From Rhynchobatus australiae (taxonomy: Eukaryota), in the NCBI GenBank assembly GCA_034780895.1, contig JAUZTB010000063.1, positions 10,592,420-10,656,419 on the forward strand: DNA of 64,000 bases, read 5' to 3'. Positions 62,281-64,000 of this stretch are shown here, in pieces. The position numbers were made by a program, and so were the translations under genes. Position 1 is the stretch's first letter, and every line of letters begins with the position of its first letter. The notes beneath the pieces are model-generated. The model was not told where the DNA came from. It ran no database searches and saw nothing but the letters and a program-made list of their open reading frames with translations.

Positions 62281-64000
62281 GCAAGGAAACAAAATTTTGA
62301 ATTTAGTTCCCAAACACTAATGTTGACTTCAGGTTTAGTTTTTAAGTTACTATAATTTTTTAAACACAGAAATCCTGCAAGCAAGATTCTTCCACTGAGC
62401 TATTGACATCCAGTTATTGGGCATCCATGTTCACAAAATTCAGCCCAACACCAAAGTATCTTGGAAAAAATAAAACAGCAGGAAAGTGGCAAGATGTCAA
62501 AAGCTTTACATTTATACAGGACTTGAAGAGCTGTGACCCAGAGTTGGAGGGTGGGATGAGGCAAGTTAACTTTTTTTTTTAAATTGATAGAAGTCATTAT
62601 GAGCCGAATGGCTTCCATTTACAGAACCAGTTTTCAGCCATTCAGGGGAGAGTTTTGAAATAAGGCTGCAAGATGGACTGTAATTCAATGGAACCACAAC
62701 ATTAAAAAAAAATTTCAAACCCAACGCATTTCTGAAATCTTGTCACAGTGGCTTTGAATGATACCAAATTGCAAGATTTGTATTAAATTTCTGGGAATCG
62801 TGTTTCCCTACTAATCATTCATTTAACACAGGGGATTTCCACCAGTGCCTTGCCAGTTCACATTCTATGGGGCTCTACTTTTTCTAATGCTAGAATTACA
62901 AATCTGTTCCCTTAGCAATGTCTGAAGAATTCAGTAGGATTTGATCCAAAAAAAAGACTTTAGGAAAAAGGGGCAAGTGAGAAAGATGTGGGCAAGCAAA
63001 ACCATGCTTTTCGTTTTAAACTCTGGGAATTGTCTCTCTTCAATGGTTATTGTCACATCTAAAAGTACACTAATAAAGCTACTCCAGATATCTCTGATAG
63101 GGGATTTCTAAGCCTTAAGAATGTTTGAGCAGAAAATGTGATGAAACTGCACAGAGGTTAGGCAGAAAAGCAAATGTGGTCGCAAATTCACTGCGCTCTG
63201 GGAATCCAGTGGCAGTTCAGGCAGATCGTGGAGCTGTGAAGTATTGCGATCAGGCATCACTTGAAATGGTAACCATATCACACTGAGTGACCATGAGAGG
63301 CACGGTGCAGCTGGATCACAAGACAATGCAAAGAGAAAACAGAAGACAAGAAAGCTGCAGGGAAAAAAAAACACCTGGCATCAGAAAGGGTGGACATTTT
63401 GGAAATGCTCAGGAGGACATTAATCCAAGAGACTAAGTGTCTTCAAATGTGCACAACATGCCAAATACATGCTGACTGAGGATTTGCTAAAAATACATTT
63501 AGACTTCCTTTACACAAATTTTTCTAGTGCTTCCAATTTTGGCATCCTACAGGAACAAAAATGGTCCAGTTACTCGATGCACCCAGTTGACAGATCAGTA
63601 GCTTCACCTTGTTTGAATGTCTGGGTTCCTTAACTCTGTTTGATTGAGTGATAACTTGACAACTATGCAAATATTCTCTTTATTAACCCATCATTTGACC
63701 CTCTAATCAAATTCCAGTGAAACCACATAACCCATTCCCAAACCACTTTCCTGGAGATGTTGCAATCACAAAAGAATTCAGTTAAAGTCTAACTCGAGTT
63801 ATACTTAATAACTTGGCTTCCACTGTTTTGTATCTCAATGAGGTGGCCAACATTCCATTAGCCCATTTAAATCCTTGTAAACTCATTAAGTTAATGCAAG
63901 AGTATTCATGGCTCATCAGAACAGGGAAACATATAATCAACTTCAATCTGTGGTGCAACACACCACAGAACAAGAAGGGAATTTCTGCAGCTCCAAACAT

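Noticed and set aside
1-64000. ORF-track entries as host genes
   Set aside because: All are short. The recognisable ones are LINE fragments, and the longest (e.g. 24161-24763, 52903-53449, 56138-56871) only read through N runs.
1-64000. CRISPR array, operon or other prokaryotic system
   Set aside because: No repeat-spacer periodicity or gene-dense coding; the sequence is vertebrate-like repeat-rich DNA.

Overview
Eukaryotic, AT-rich, CpG-depleted DNA from a gapped draft assembly (many N runs, often exactly 100 N). The repeat repertoire points to a cartilaginous fish, probably a ray or skate (inference). It includes CR1/HER1-type LINEs, a second CR1/L2-group LINE, L2, Rex1/Babar, RTE, Penelope-like elements, HE1/V-type tRNA-derived SINEs and Deu-domain SINEs. 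I find no confident host protein-coding gene, RNA gene, CRISPR array or prokaryotic system. Recognisable ORF-track hits are decayed retroelement fragments; the rest look like chance ORFs or N read-through. The window looks intronic or intergenic. Most notable signals: (1) about ten Penelope terminal-repeat remnants, several with degenerate minimal hammerhead-ribozyme motifs and several arranged as palindromes; (2) a 66-bp double-hairpin cassette at 8630-8695 with a full-consensus p53 element, a UPRE and an AP-1 site; (3) a rearranged block at 13054-13952 with a perfect 55-bp inverted repeat, a 142-bp direct duplication, a 13-bp TSD-like repeat and a weak Crypton-like peptide; (4) several motif-dense unique segments (CCAAT cluster, tandem AREs, CpG-retaining patches) and one clean minus-strand exon candidate; (5) several nested TE insertions. 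All family calls come from by-eye recognition, not database searches, and boundaries are approximate.
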